Source: Candidatus Sungbacteria bacterium RIFCSPLOWO2_01_FULL_54_21
GTDB lineage: Bacteria > Patescibacteriota > Minisyncoccia > Sungbacterales > HO2-52-23
NCBI GenBank assembly: GCA_001820725.1
Contig: MHQR01000026.1
Coordinates: 7,885 to 55,645, forward strand
DNA length: 47,761 nt
Reading direction: 5' to 3'
Position numbers and translations under genes: made by a program
Shown: piece by piece, positions 27,053-36,133 of the stretch
Position numbering within the stretch: the first letter of the stretch is position 1
How the letters are laid out: each line of letters begins with the position of its first letter
Notes under the pieces: generated by a model
Told to the model about the DNA's origin: nothing
The model's database searches: none
What the model saw: the letters and a program-made list of their open reading frames with translations, nothing else

Positions 27053-27559
27053 TTATTCAGATTCTTTCTCTCCTTCTTCCTTTTTCTCCTCTTCTTTCTT
27101 GACAAGTTCCTCGCGCCGCGGATATTCCTTGCCCGGCTCGCCGATCTCGCGGTACACCGTGCCCAAGACGCCGTTGACAAACCTCCCCGATGACTCCCCG
27201 CCGAAGGATTTTGCCAATTCTATTGCCTCGTTGATCGCGACTTTCGGCGGCGCTTCCTCGTGGTTGCCAAACAGCAATTCATAGAGGCCGAGGCGCAGGA
27301 CGCTCCGGTCGATGGCGGTGATCTGCTCAATCGGCCATTCGGGCGCGGCTTTGCCGATGATCTCATCAATCACGGACACATGCTCCATGGTTCCCTGCAC
27401 CAGCCGATCAATAAAAGAGTATTCCTCTTCAAGACCAGGCCCGAATTCCTCGCGATTGCGCGCGACCGCGCGCGTCAGCACTTCGGGCTTTTTTCCGTAG
27501 AAATCCCACTCAAAGAGCGACTGCATAGCGATGGAACGAGCGAGATGGCGAGATGCCAC
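27053..27559 (-). CDS. nusB: transcription antitermination factor NusB with Glu/Lys-rich tail
   Basis: ARSIAMQSLFEWDF ... INEAIELAKSFGGESSGRFVNGVLG. Confidence 0.85.
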   Translation of the reverse strand: MASRHLARSIAMQSLFEWDFYGKKPEVLTRAVARNREEFGPGLEEEYSFIDRLVQGTMEHVSVIDEIIGKAAPEWPIEQITAIDRSVLRLGLYELLFGNHEEAPPKVAINEAIELAKSFGGESSGRFVNGVLGTVYREIGEPGKEYPRREELVKKEEEKKEEGEKESE

Positions 27560-27638
27560 ATGTGAAAGTTCGTAGAATATAGCGTGTAGTTTGTAGAGGA
27601 ATGATTACGTTCTCTACTCACTACCCGCCATTCACTAC

Positions 27639-27872
27639 TTACTGTTTATGGTTAGCGAGTTCTTTCTCTTTTTGTTTTCGCTCTTTTCTATCTAATTTTG
27701 CCAGCACGTCAATCACTTTCCGTCCGGCATAATAGCCGCAGTTTTTACACATGATGTGGGGAATTGCCGCGGCCCCGCACTGGGAGCAGAGGGTAAATGC
27801 CAAGGGCTTGAGCGCGTGGTGCGAACGCACCCGATTGCGTTTCCCCTTGGTATGCTTCATTCGGACTACCAT
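27639..27872 (-). CDS. rpmF: 50S ribosomal protein L32
   Basis: RMKHTKGKRNRVRSHHAL and Zn-ribbon CSQCG..CKNCG. Confidence 0.9.
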   Translation of the reverse strand: MVVRMKHTKGKRNRVRSHHALKPLAFTLCSQCGAAAIPHIMCKNCGYYAGRKVIDVLAKLDRKERKQKEKELANHKQ

Positions 27873-27916
27873 ATATGGACCATAGCAAAAAGGCCTGATG
27901 TTGGCAACCTAGGAAG

Positions 27917-28510
27917 TCATCTCACGGAGAAGGATGCGCGATGGATGGGCGAGAAGCCATGTTGTTTCAGCAGGCGCCTATGCAAAACCGTGCCATATCC
28001 TTTGTGCAGATCAAAGCGGTACAGGGGAAATTTCTTGTGCGTACGTACCATGAGCCGGTCGCGCGTAACTTTGGCGATGATGGACGCCGCAGAAACGGCA
28101 GGGATTTTTTCATCCCCTTTTATGATCGCCTTGTAGCGTACAGAAGAGGGCAGTGTTAGTCCGGCATCCACGAGCACAGATTCCAGACTAAGTCTGGAAT
28201 CTCGTTCCAGACTTAGTCTGGAATAAACACGGCGGGCGCCAAGATTTCCTGCCGCAGATATATTTATCCGATCAATCACCATGGGCGACACCCGCGCGAC
28301 CGCCCATTCAATTGCGGGATGATGCGTCAGCACGCGATACCATGCTTCGCGCTGTGCAGGACTCAATTTTTTAGAATCGCGAATGCCGAAAAGCACGCGG
28401 CGCGCATGTCCTGGCTTTATTTTCACGCCTGCGACCACGACGGGTCCTGCCAGCGGCCCGCGCCCCGCCTCATCAATACCGATGATAAAGGTTTCTCTGT
28501 TGCCCTGCAT
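27917..28510 (-). CDS. rnhB: ribonuclease HII (carries an in-frame palindromic insert)
   Basis: Start moved to MQGNRETFIIGIDEAGRGPLAGPVV. IIKGDEKIPAVSAASIIAK. Insert SRLSLERDSRLSLE is encoded by 28181..28223. Confidence 0.9.
   Translation of the reverse strand: MQGNRETFIIGIDEAGRGPLAGPVVVAGVKIKPGHARRVLFGIRDSKKLSPAQREAWYRVLTHHPAIEWAVARVSPMVIDRINISAAGNLGARRVYSRLSLERDSRLSLESVLVDAGLTLPSSVRYKAIIKGDEKIPAVSAASIIAKVTRDRLMVRTHKKFPLYRFDLHKGYGTVLHRRLLKQHGFSPIHRASFSVR
28181..28223. repeat. P19 palindrome doublet inside rnhB
   Basis: TTCCAGACTAAGTCTGGAA + TCTCG + TTCCAGACTTAGTCTGGAA. Each unit is a perfect 19-bp palindrome. Confidence 0.9.
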
Positions 28511-28535
28511 GGTTTGTATAGTACAATGGGCTACG

Positions 28536-31500
28536 ATGAAATTCACGCATTTGCATGTCCATTCGCATTACAGCTTGCTCGACGGGCTGGCAAAAATCGA
28601 CGGGCTGGTAGCGCGCGCGGCAGAGCTTGGTATGCGGGCGCTGGCGCTCACCGATCATGGCAATCTCTACGGCGCCATAGAGTTTTACCAAAAAGCAAAA
28701 AAAGCCGGCATCAAACCCATCATCGGGGTGGAGGCGTACATCGCGTACGAAAAAATGACTGATCGGCGCCCACAGATCGACGACAAGCGGTATCACCTCA
28801 CTATTCTCGCGGAAAATACCGAAGGATATCACAACCTCATTAAAGCGGTCACCGCATCCCACCTCCACGGCTTCTATTATAAGCCGCGCATGGACAAAGA
28901 TCTTTTGCGCCGGCACGCCAAAGGACTCATCGCGCTCTCCGGATGCTTTAACGGCGAAATCCCCCGCGCGATTCAAAACAAAAAGATGGACGTGGCAGAG
29001 CGGCTCGTCCGCGAGTACCAGGATATTTTCGGCCGCGACAATTTCTATCTGGAAATCATGCCGCACACGGCATTTGCGGACCAGAAGCCGACCAACGAGG
29101 CGCTCGCCGTACTGGCGGGGAAAACCGGCGCCAAACTCGTCGCCACCAACGACATACATTATATACACGCCGAAGACGCCGAAGCGCAAGACATTCTCGT
29201 GTCCATCCAAACCGGATCGCGCATGGATGATGAAAATCGCCTCACGATGAAAAAAGCGAATCTTTCCCTGCGATCGGCCGATGATATGGCGGCGCTTTTT
29301 GCCGATCATCCGTTAGCGATTGCCGCCACGGAGGAAATCGCATCGCGCGTGGATATCCGCCCGGAACTTGGCACATGGATCCTTCCCACGCCGCGTCTCG
29401 AAAAAGAAACGGATCACGGGAAAGAGTTGCGACGTCTTACCTACGAGGGCATCGCACAGCGCGGGCTGGAGGAGACCCCCGAGGTTACCCGACGTATTGA
29501 ATACGAGCTCGACATCATCGCCAAGCGCGGATTTCTTGCTTACTACCTAGTGGTCGCGGATTTTCTGCGTTTTGCGCATGAACAGAAAATCTTTACTACG
29601 GTACGGGGGTCCGGCGGAGGATCGCTGGTTGCATACCTCACCGGCATCACGCCGGTAAATCCCCTCGAATACAAGCTTCCGTTTGAGCGGTTTCTCAATC
29701 TTGAGCGGCCGGCGCCGCCGGATTTCGACATGGATTTCGCGGACAACCGACGAGACGAAATGCTCGAATATGCAAAACACACATACGGAGAAGATCGTGT
29801 CGCCCAGATCGGTACGTTCGGCACCATGGCGGCGCGCGCGGCGGTGCGCGATGTCGCGCGCGCGCTGGGATATCCCTACGGCATGGGCGACCGGATTGCC
29901 AAGCTCATTCCCATCGGCGCGCAGGGATTTCCCATGACCCTTGACCGGGCGCTCAAGGAAACGCCGGAGCTGAAACACATCTATGACACAGATCCTGATG
30001 TCAAGCGTATTATTGATCGCTCGAAAAAACTTGAAGGGTGCGTGCGGCACGCATCGGTCCATGCCGCAGGAGTCGTAATTTCTCCGTCCCCGCTTGTGGA
30101 ATACATACCGCTTCAGTTGGACCCCAAAGGAGGAAAAATTATCACACAATACGAAATGACATCCATCGATCCCTCGTATTCGCCGGATCCTGCATTTGCT
30201 GTGGGATTGCCGAAAATAGATTTCTTGGGCATACGCAACCTTTCTATTCTGGAAGATGCCATCCGTTTGGTAAAACTCCATCAGAACATCGACGTAGACA
30301 TAGAAAAAATTCCCCTTGACGACACAAAGACATTCACTCTTCTTGCCAACGGCGAAACCATGGGGCTGTTCCAGCTGGGAGGATCAGGCATGACAAAATA
30401 TCTCAAAGACCTTAAGCCGACGACGATTCACGATATCAACGCAATGGTGGCGCTCTACCGCCCCGGCCCCCTCGAATCCATTCCTACCTATATTCAGCGC
30501 AAGCACAGCCCGCACCTCGTTTCTTATCTTGACCCGCGCATGAAAGATATTCTCGGCCAATCGTACGGCGTCATCGTCTATCAGGACGACGTCATGCTCA
30601 TCGCAATCAATCTTGCGGGCTATTCATGGCTTGAAGCGGATAAGTTGCGCAAGGCCATGGGGAAAAAGATACCGGCGGAAATGGCCGCGCAAAAAGAAAA
30701 ACTCGCGGAGGGACTGCGTAAAAACGGGATGCCCCAGCACAAAATAGAGACCCTATGGAAATTGATCGAGCCGTTTGCGGCATATGGATTCAACAAGTCG
30801 CACGCCGCCTGCTATGGCCGCGTCGCGTACCAAACCGCCTACATGAAGGCCAACTTTCCTGGAGAATATATGACCGCGGTGCTCACCGCGGAATCCGGCG
30901 ATATGGAGACAATCGCCGAGATCATCACCGAATGCATGCGCATGGGCATCCCGGTGCTTGCGCCCGATGTAAACGAGAGTCATGCAAGATTCACCCTTAT
31001 TAAAAAATCGGGTACTGCCGAAAGCGACACTATACGCTTCGGTCTTGAAACTATAAAAAACGTAGGCACGAACATCGTCGAAGCGCTCATAGCCGAACGG
31101 GAAGCACAAGGGAAATTTATCTCGCTCGCCGATTTTTGCGAGCGCGTGCGGCACAAGGACTTCAATAAAAAGTCGTTGGAGTCCTTGATGAAATGCGGAG
31201 CCCTCGACGGCCTCGGCGAGCGCGGCGCATTGCTCGCCAATCTTGATCTTCTGCTCGACTACAACCGCGAATCGCAGAAAACCGCCCAGCAAGGACAGAC
31301 GTCTCTTTTTTCTGCTTCCCCCGCCACGCACGCATCATCGCTCTATCTCAAGCCCGCCGAGCCGGCGGCCAAACGCGACCGCCTGCAATGGGAGAAAGAG
31401 CTCCTCGGCCTGTACCTCACCGAGCACCCGATGCTGGAATACCTCAAGCGTCTGGGACGGCGAAAGCTGGTGCCCTTCAAAGAGATCACCCCTGCCTTGC

Positions 31501-31751
31501 GCAATCAGGAGGTACTGGTTGCGGGACTCATCTCCGGCATCCAAAAGATCACGACCAAAACCGGCGAGCCCATGCTGTTTGTAAAGATGGAGGACGCGAC
31601 GAGCAGGACCGAAGTGCTGGTATTTCCCAAACTTCTCGCGGCCAACCCTGCGCTCTGGCAGGAGGAAAAAGTGCTCGTCGTGCGCGGCCGCGTGTCCGAC
31701 AAAGACGGCATCGCCAAAATCATCTGCGAAGAAGCAACTGAAGTCGTGTAA
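28536..31751 (+). CDS. dnaE: DNA polymerase III alpha subunit
   Basis: Start moved to MKFTHLHVHSHYSLLDG (PHP domain). 1071 aa. Palm/fingers motifs and a C-terminal OB fold region. Confidence 0.95.
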   Translation: MKFTHLHVHSHYSLLDGLAKIDGLVARAAELGMRALALTDHGNLYGAIEFYQKAKKAGIKPIIGVEAYIAYEKMTDRRPQIDDKRYHLTILAENTEGYHNLIKAVTASHLHGFYYKPRMDKDLLRRHAKGLIALSGCFNGEIPRAIQNKKMDVAERLVREYQDIFGRDNFYLEIMPHTAFADQKPTNEALAVLAGKTGAKLVATNDIHYIHAEDAEAQDILVSIQTGSRMDDENRLTMKKANLSLRSADDMAALFADHPLAIAATEEIASRVDIRPELGTWILPTPRLEKETDHGKELRRLTYEGIAQRGLEETPEVTRRIEYELDIIAKRGFLAYYLVVADFLRFAHEQKIFTTVRGSGGGSLVAYLTGITPVNPLEYKLPFERFLNLERPAPPDFDMDFADNRRDEMLEYAKHTYGEDRVAQIGTFGTMAARAAVRDVARALGYPYGMGDRIAKLIPIGAQGFPMTLDRALKETPELKHIYDTDPDVKRIIDRSKKLEGCVRHASVHAAGVVISPSPLVEYIPLQLDPKGGKIITQYEMTSIDPSYSPDPAFAVGLPKIDFLGIRNLSILEDAIRLVKLHQNIDVDIEKIPLDDTKTFTLLANGETMGLFQLGGSGMTKYLKDLKPTTIHDINAMVALYRPGPLESIPTYIQRKHSPHLVSYLDPRMKDILGQSYGVIVYQDDVMLIAINLAGYSWLEADKLRKAMGKKIPAEMAAQKEKLAEGLRKNGMPQHKIETLWKLIEPFAAYGFNKSHAACYGRVAYQTAYMKANFPGEYMTAVLTAESGDMETIAEIITECMRMGIPVLAPDVNESHARFTLIKKSGTAESDTIRFGLETIKNVGTNIVEALIAEREAQGKFISLADFCERVRHKDFNKKSLESLMKCGALDGLGERGALLANLDLLLDYNRESQKTAQQGQTSLFSASPATHASSLYLKPAEPAAKRDRLQWEKELLGLYLTEHPMLEYLKRLGRRKLVPFKEITPALRNQEVLVAGLISGIQKITTKTGEPMLFVKMEDATSRTEVLVFPKLLAANPALWQEEKVLVVRGRVSDKDGIAKIICEEATEVV

Positions 31752-31893
31752 AAAGAAATGCAGGCACGGATGTGCCTGCTTGGTTGAACCGCGACGAAGA
31801 CAGTGGTAGATTTACCATATCCGTGCGCAGCACGCGAATATCATGTTCTCGGCTCTGCGCGAATCGAGTCATCCGGTGACAAAATACGCTAAT

Positions 31894-33654
31894 ATGCAGA
31901 AAGGTCAAACCCTTCCGATTGATGCCATACGCCATTCGCTGGCGCATCTTTTGGCAATGGCGGTATTAAAAAAATTTCCGAAAGCGCAACTCGGCATCGG
32001 CCCCGTGATTGAGCACGGATTTTATTATGATTTCAAACTGCCTGCGCCGCTTTCACCCGATGACCTGCCGGAACTGGAGAAAATCATGCGCGATCTGATT
32101 GCGCAAAAATTGTCGTTCGCGGGCGAGATGACCAGCGATGACGAAGCGCGCGCGCTTTTCAAAGACCAGCCGTTTAAGCTTGACCTTACAAAAGAGTTCA
32201 CCGAGGAAGGAAAAGATCTCACGGTCTATCGCACGGGTGACGCGTTCGTTGACTTGTGCAAAGGCGGACATGTGGATAATACCGAGGAGATTCCACCAGA
32301 CGCGTTTGCGCTGACGCATGTGGCGGGTGCCTATTGGCGCGGGGATGAGAAGAACGAACAGCTTACGCGCGTCTATGGGCTGGCGTTCGGAACAAAGGAA
32401 GAACTTGAGGAGCATCTCGCGCGCCAGGAAGAGGCAAAAAAGCGCGACCACCGCATGCTGGGCAAAGAACTTGGTTTATTTGTTTTTTCCGAAGCCGTTG
32501 GCAAGGGACTTCCCTTGTGGACGGAAAAGGGCGCTGCTATCCGCCGCGTGCTGGAGCGTTTTATCGTGGACGAGGAAATTCGGCGCGGCTACACGCACGT
32601 GATCACGCCGGACATTGCGAATCTGGGCCTCTATAAAAAATCCGGGCATTACCCCTACTTCAAGGACAGCATGTATGGCGCAATCACCATAGACGATGAG
32701 CAGTACATGTTGCGGCCCATGACATGCCCGCACCATTTTGAATTGTATTTGAGCAAGCCAAGAAGCTATCGCGATCTTCCTATGCGCATTGCGGAAGTTG
32801 CCAAATCATACCGATATGAGCAGTCAGGAGAATTGACCGGCCTCATTCGCTTGCGCGCATTTTCCCTTGCCGACGCGCACATTGTCTGTACGGACAAAAA
32901 TCAGGCCGCACAGGAAGTGACCGGCGCTTTGGACCTCATTGAGTACATGGCGGGTAGGTTCGGCCTGCACATGGGAGAGCACTACTGGTACCGCTTGTCC
33001 CTTGGTAACCGCCAGAACAGCGAAAAATATTTCAAAAATGACGCGGCATGGGACGAGGGCGAAGCAATGCTGAGACACGTGCTGACCGAACGCAAATCGC
33101 ACTTTGTTGAAGCCCCGGGAGAAGCCGCGTTTTACGGACCGAAAATCGACGTGCAGATGCGTAACTTCATCGGCAAGGAAGATACGGCATTCACCGTGCA
33201 GTACGACTTCGTGATGCCGTCGCGCTTCAATCTGACGTATACCTCCTCTGATGGCACTGAAAAAACACCAGTCGTGGTACATCGTTCGTCTATCGGCGCG
33301 ATCGAGCGCATCATTGCGTTCCTTATAGAACACTATGCAGGCGCATTTCCCGTGTGGCTCGCGCCTGTGCAAGCCACCGTCATTCCGGTGAGCGAGAAGT
33401 TCCAGCAGTATGGCCAATCAGTTTTTGAGAACCTGCGTGCGCAGGGCATCCGCGCCGAGCTTCTCGACGCCGATGACACGCTGGGCAAGCGCATACGGGA
33501 AGCGGAAAAACAGAAGATCCCCTATATTCTCGTCGTGGGCGAGCGCGAGCAAGCGGCAGGCACGATCGCCGTGCGCGAGCGCGGGGTTGGGGATAAAGGC
33601 GCCATGACATGCGAGCAGTTTATTGATATACTCCTAAAGGAAATGCCTCATTAA
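31894..33654 (+). CDS. thrS: threonine--tRNA ligase (starts at the editing domain, no TGS domain seen)
   Basis: Start moved to MQKGQTLPIDAIRHSLAHLLA. Class II motif 2 YRYEQSGELTGLIRLRAFSLADAHI. Anticodon-binding C-terminus. Confidence 0.95.
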   Translation: MQKGQTLPIDAIRHSLAHLLAMAVLKKFPKAQLGIGPVIEHGFYYDFKLPAPLSPDDLPELEKIMRDLIAQKLSFAGEMTSDDEARALFKDQPFKLDLTKEFTEEGKDLTVYRTGDAFVDLCKGGHVDNTEEIPPDAFALTHVAGAYWRGDEKNEQLTRVYGLAFGTKEELEEHLARQEEAKKRDHRMLGKELGLFVFSEAVGKGLPLWTEKGAAIRRVLERFIVDEEIRRGYTHVITPDIANLGLYKKSGHYPYFKDSMYGAITIDDEQYMLRPMTCPHHFELYLSKPRSYRDLPMRIAEVAKSYRYEQSGELTGLIRLRAFSLADAHIVCTDKNQAAQEVTGALDLIEYMAGRFGLHMGEHYWYRLSLGNRQNSEKYFKNDAAWDEGEAMLRHVLTERKSHFVEAPGEAAFYGPKIDVQMRNFIGKEDTAFTVQYDFVMPSRFNLTYTSSDGTEKTPVVVHRSSIGAIERIIAFLIEHYAGAFPVWLAPVQATVIPVSEKFQQYGQSVFENLRAQGIRAELLDADDTLGKRIREAEKQKIPYILVVGEREQAAGTIAVRERGVGDKGAMTCEQFIDILLKEMPH

Positions 33655-33661
33655 ACAAAGT

Positions 33662-33967
33662 ATGGACTTGCTCGAACAATACAAACAACAGCGCCCCGAA
33701 GCGTTCCAAGAGCAGAAGCCAGCGCCTGCGGATGCGTATGGCCGAGAATACGGCGCGATGATACGCATGGCCATGCGGCTATCGGGGGGGAGAATACGCA
33801 CGGCAAAGCAAGCAGATATGGCGTTGATAGCGTTCGCCAGCATCGCTCTGGTTATCTCGCTTTTCTTCTTTTTCCGCGATAGCGGCCCGGCATTGCCTTC
33901 GGAGCGTGAACTTCTGCGTGACACGCCGACGAGCGGATCACGACCGGGCGCCCAATTGCCCCGATAA
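33662..33967 (+). CDS. small membrane protein, paralog A
   Basis: MDLLEQYKQQRPEAFQEQKPAPADAYGREYGAMIRMAMRLSGGRIR then one TM helix. The first 46 aa differ at 3 positions from 35314..35574. Confidence 0.6.
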   Translation: MDLLEQYKQQRPEAFQEQKPAPADAYGREYGAMIRMAMRLSGGRIRTAKQADMALIAFASIALVISLFFFFRDSGPALPSERELLRDTPTSGSRPGAQLPR

Positions 33968-33983
33968 TCCCGACCGCACCAAT

Positions 33984-34499
33984 ATGCAAAAACGACAGCA
34001 GGGTTTTACACTCATAGAACTCTTAGTGGTGATCTCTATCATCAGCTTGTTGAGTTCCGTTGTGCTTACCTCGGTCAACAGCGCGCGGGCAAAAGCCCGC
34101 GACGCGCGGCGCATTGCCGATTTCAAGGAAATCCAGAAAGCGCTGGAGCTGTACTACGACACCAACGGCCAATACCCTGTCGGGTCGCAGGGATATGGCG
34201 CGTGGAGCAGTCACGCGCCATCCTACGGCAACAATGACAATTATATTACAGGGTTGGTACCGACTTATATTCCCTCGCTCCCGCGTGATCCGCGATTCGA
34301 CGAAGGGGGTAGTGGATATTTGTATTTGACATACGCGGGCGGTCAGGATTACGCGCTCCTTGCGCACTTGGTCATGGAAACTATCGTTGGCGGCGATCCG
34401 TCCGCCGCGGGCAATCCCGCGCATATCCAGGCGCTGGATCGCATATGCTGTGTCCAACCCACGATTGCCGTCTATTCCCCGGGCGGGAGAGCATGGTAG
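33984..34499 (+). CDS. type IV pilin-like protein 1
   Basis: Start moved to MQKRQQGFTLIELLVVISIISLLSSVVL (prepilin cleavage/methylation motif G|FTLIE). Confidence 0.8.
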   Translation: MQKRQQGFTLIELLVVISIISLLSSVVLTSVNSARAKARDARRIADFKEIQKALELYYDTNGQYPVGSQGYGAWSSHAPSYGNNDNYITGLVPTYIPSLPRDPRFDEGGSGYLYLTYAGGQDYALLAHLVMETIVGGDPSAAGNPAHIQALDRICCVQPTIAVYSPGGRAW

Positions 34500-34533
34500 C
34501 GTCATACCATTTCGTGGTATCATCAAACGCACT

Positions 34534-34899
34534 ATGGCGTTCACCGAGGATATAAAACTCGTCATCCTGTTTGGCTCCCGGGCGACCGAAAAGGCCGGCA
34601 GGCAATCCGATACCGATATCGCGGTGCTGGCGGATCATCCGCTCACCATTGCGGAAAAGGCGCGGATAGCCGAGGAGGCCGGCAGGGCGCTGGGTACTTC
34701 CGAAGATACCATTGATGTTGCGGACATTTGGCGCGCCCCGCCTCTGCTTCAGCAGGAAATCGCGCACAACGGAAAACTGCTCCACGGAGACGCTTTTGAT
34801 TTTGTCCGTTTCCGGGTGCTCGCGTGGAAGCGATACCTTGACACCGCCAAATTCCGGCGCGCTCGGGAGCGGGCGCTCGCCAAACGATATGGGCAGTGA
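34534..34899 (+). CDS. nucleotidyltransferase (MNT-type antitoxin)
   Basis: Start moved to MAFTEDIKLVILFGSRATEKAGRQSDTDIAVL (GS..DxD motif). Its stop overlaps the next gene by 11 nt. Confidence 0.8.
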   Translation: MAFTEDIKLVILFGSRATEKAGRQSDTDIAVLADHPLTIAEKARIAEEAGRALGTSEDTIDVADIWRAPPLLQQEIAHNGKLLHGDAFDFVRFRVLAWKRYLDTAKFRRARERALAKRYGQ

Positions 34900-35308
34900 A
34901 CTCATTTTCAAAAAACTTGAGCAGATCGCAGAAGTAGTGAGCGAGATGGAGCGCCTGCTTGCCGTTCCGCTTGGGACATTTGTGCGCGACTTGACGGCGG
35001 TGCGCGCCGCAGAGCGCAATTTCCAGCTCGCCGTGGATCTTGCATCCGACTGCAACGCGCAGATTTTGATTGAACGCGGAGGAAAGACCCCCGACACCTA
35101 CCGCGAGTCGTTTGCCGCATTGGAAAGAGAAGGCATTCTTTCAGGCGATCTTGCGCGCCGACTTATGGAAAGCGCAAAAGTGAGGAACATCCTTGTCCAT
35201 GAATACGATTTTGAGGAGGACTATGAGAAATTTTATCATGCGGCGCAGGCCAGCATCCCCGCATATCGCGAATATACAAAATCAATCTACGATTATATAC
35301 GCAAGTAA
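34889..35308 (+). CDS. HepT/DUF86 HEPN-domain toxin
   Basis: R-x4-H motif RNILVHEY near the C-terminus. 139 aa. Paired with the upstream MNT. Confidence 0.85.
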   Translation: MGSELIFKKLEQIAEVVSEMERLLAVPLGTFVRDLTAVRAAERNFQLAVDLASDCNAQILIERGGKTPDTYRESFAALEREGILSGDLARRLMESAKVRNILVHEYDFEEDYEKFYHAAQASIPAYREYTKSIYDYIRK

Positions 35309-35313
35309 TCCCT

Positions 35314-35574
35314 GTGGATCTCCTTGAGCAATACAAACAACAGCGCCCCGACGCATTTCAAGAGCGGAAGCCAGCGCCTGCGGATGCGCATGGCCGAGAA
35401 TACGGCGCGATGATACGCATGGCCATGCGACTATCGGGAGGCAGGATACGAGACGCGCGGCAGGCAAATTATACTCTGCTTGTCACCGCAGTTGTCGTCG
35501 GCTTTGTGGCGCTTCTCTTCTTCTTCGGCATCCCCGGATCAGCACCGACCCATGTGAATACTATTAATCCGTAA
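35314..35574 (+). CDS. small membrane protein, paralog B (GTG start)
   Basis: MDLLEQYKQQRPDAFQERKPAPADAHGREYGAMIRMAMRLSGGRIR plus a TM helix. Confidence 0.6.
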   Translation: MDLLEQYKQQRPDAFQERKPAPADAHGREYGAMIRMAMRLSGGRIRDARQANYTLLVTAVVVGFVALLFFFGIPGSAPTHVNTINP

Positions 35575-35576
35575 TC

Positions 35577-36118
35577 ATGTCCAAAAGAATTTCCGGTTTC
35601 ACTCTCATTGAGCTTCTGGTCGTCATCTCTATTATTGGCCTCCTTTCCTCAATCGTCCTAACCAGCGTCAACAGCGCGCGCTCCAAAGCGCGGAATGTGC
35701 GGGAAAAAGCCGACGTGAAGCAGATTATTACGGCGCTCGAATTCGCGCGAAGCAACAGCTCCACCGATACCTATCCCTCATCAGGAGGCACATGGGTGTG
35801 CCTGAAGCAAAGCGGTACCTGCTGGAGAGGCGGTTATTCCGCACTTCCCGCGCAAGCCATTACCGATCTTGCGCCGTATTTGCCGGCGCTTCCCGCGACA
35901 TCAGTCAACACAAGCGGGGGCACTTCTTGTTACGCATATGACAGCCATCTCTATCACTCGAACCATCCGGCACCCATAGGATCGTCTCCTGCAGGGCCTA
36001 TATCATCTGGGCGAAAGAGACGACAGGCGCATTCGATCCCGGCGAGTGTCCCGGCTATGACGCCGGCATCTACGACTGCGGCCTGCGCTACTGTTACCAA
36101 TTTATCGGAGCGAATTGA
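35577..36118 (+). CDS. type IV pilin-like protein 2, apparent frameshift near 35990-36000
   Basis: MSKRISGFTLIELLVVISIIGLLSS. After ..SSPAGP the tracked frame turns Arg/Ser-rich and overlaps miaA. The -1 frame reads AYIIWAKETTGAFDPGECPGYDAGIYDCGLRYCYQFIGAN and stops at 36116-36118, 15 nt before the miaA ATG. Confidence 0.6.
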
Positions 36119-36133
36119 TCTTCCCGCCGCGCG

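Noticed and set aside
28383-28535. N-terminal extensions of tracked ORFs: dnaE from 28383, rnc from 27180, sufC from 20251, lepA from 39647, dedA from 21503, pilin 1 from 33906, MNT from 34360, HepT from 34712.
   Set aside because: The extensions are compositionally odd, overlap neighbouring genes or repeats, and precede an internal Met that matches the conserved family N-terminus.
33662-35450. Possible diversity-generating retroelement, given the Avd-like four-helix-bundle gene at 43997 and the ~125-nt near-identical repeats at 33662 and 35314 as a TR/VR pair.
   Set aside because: No reverse transcriptase ORF (no YxDD motif) is in the window. Mismatches between the repeats are not adenine-specific, and the repeats cover N-termini rather than a C-terminal variable region.
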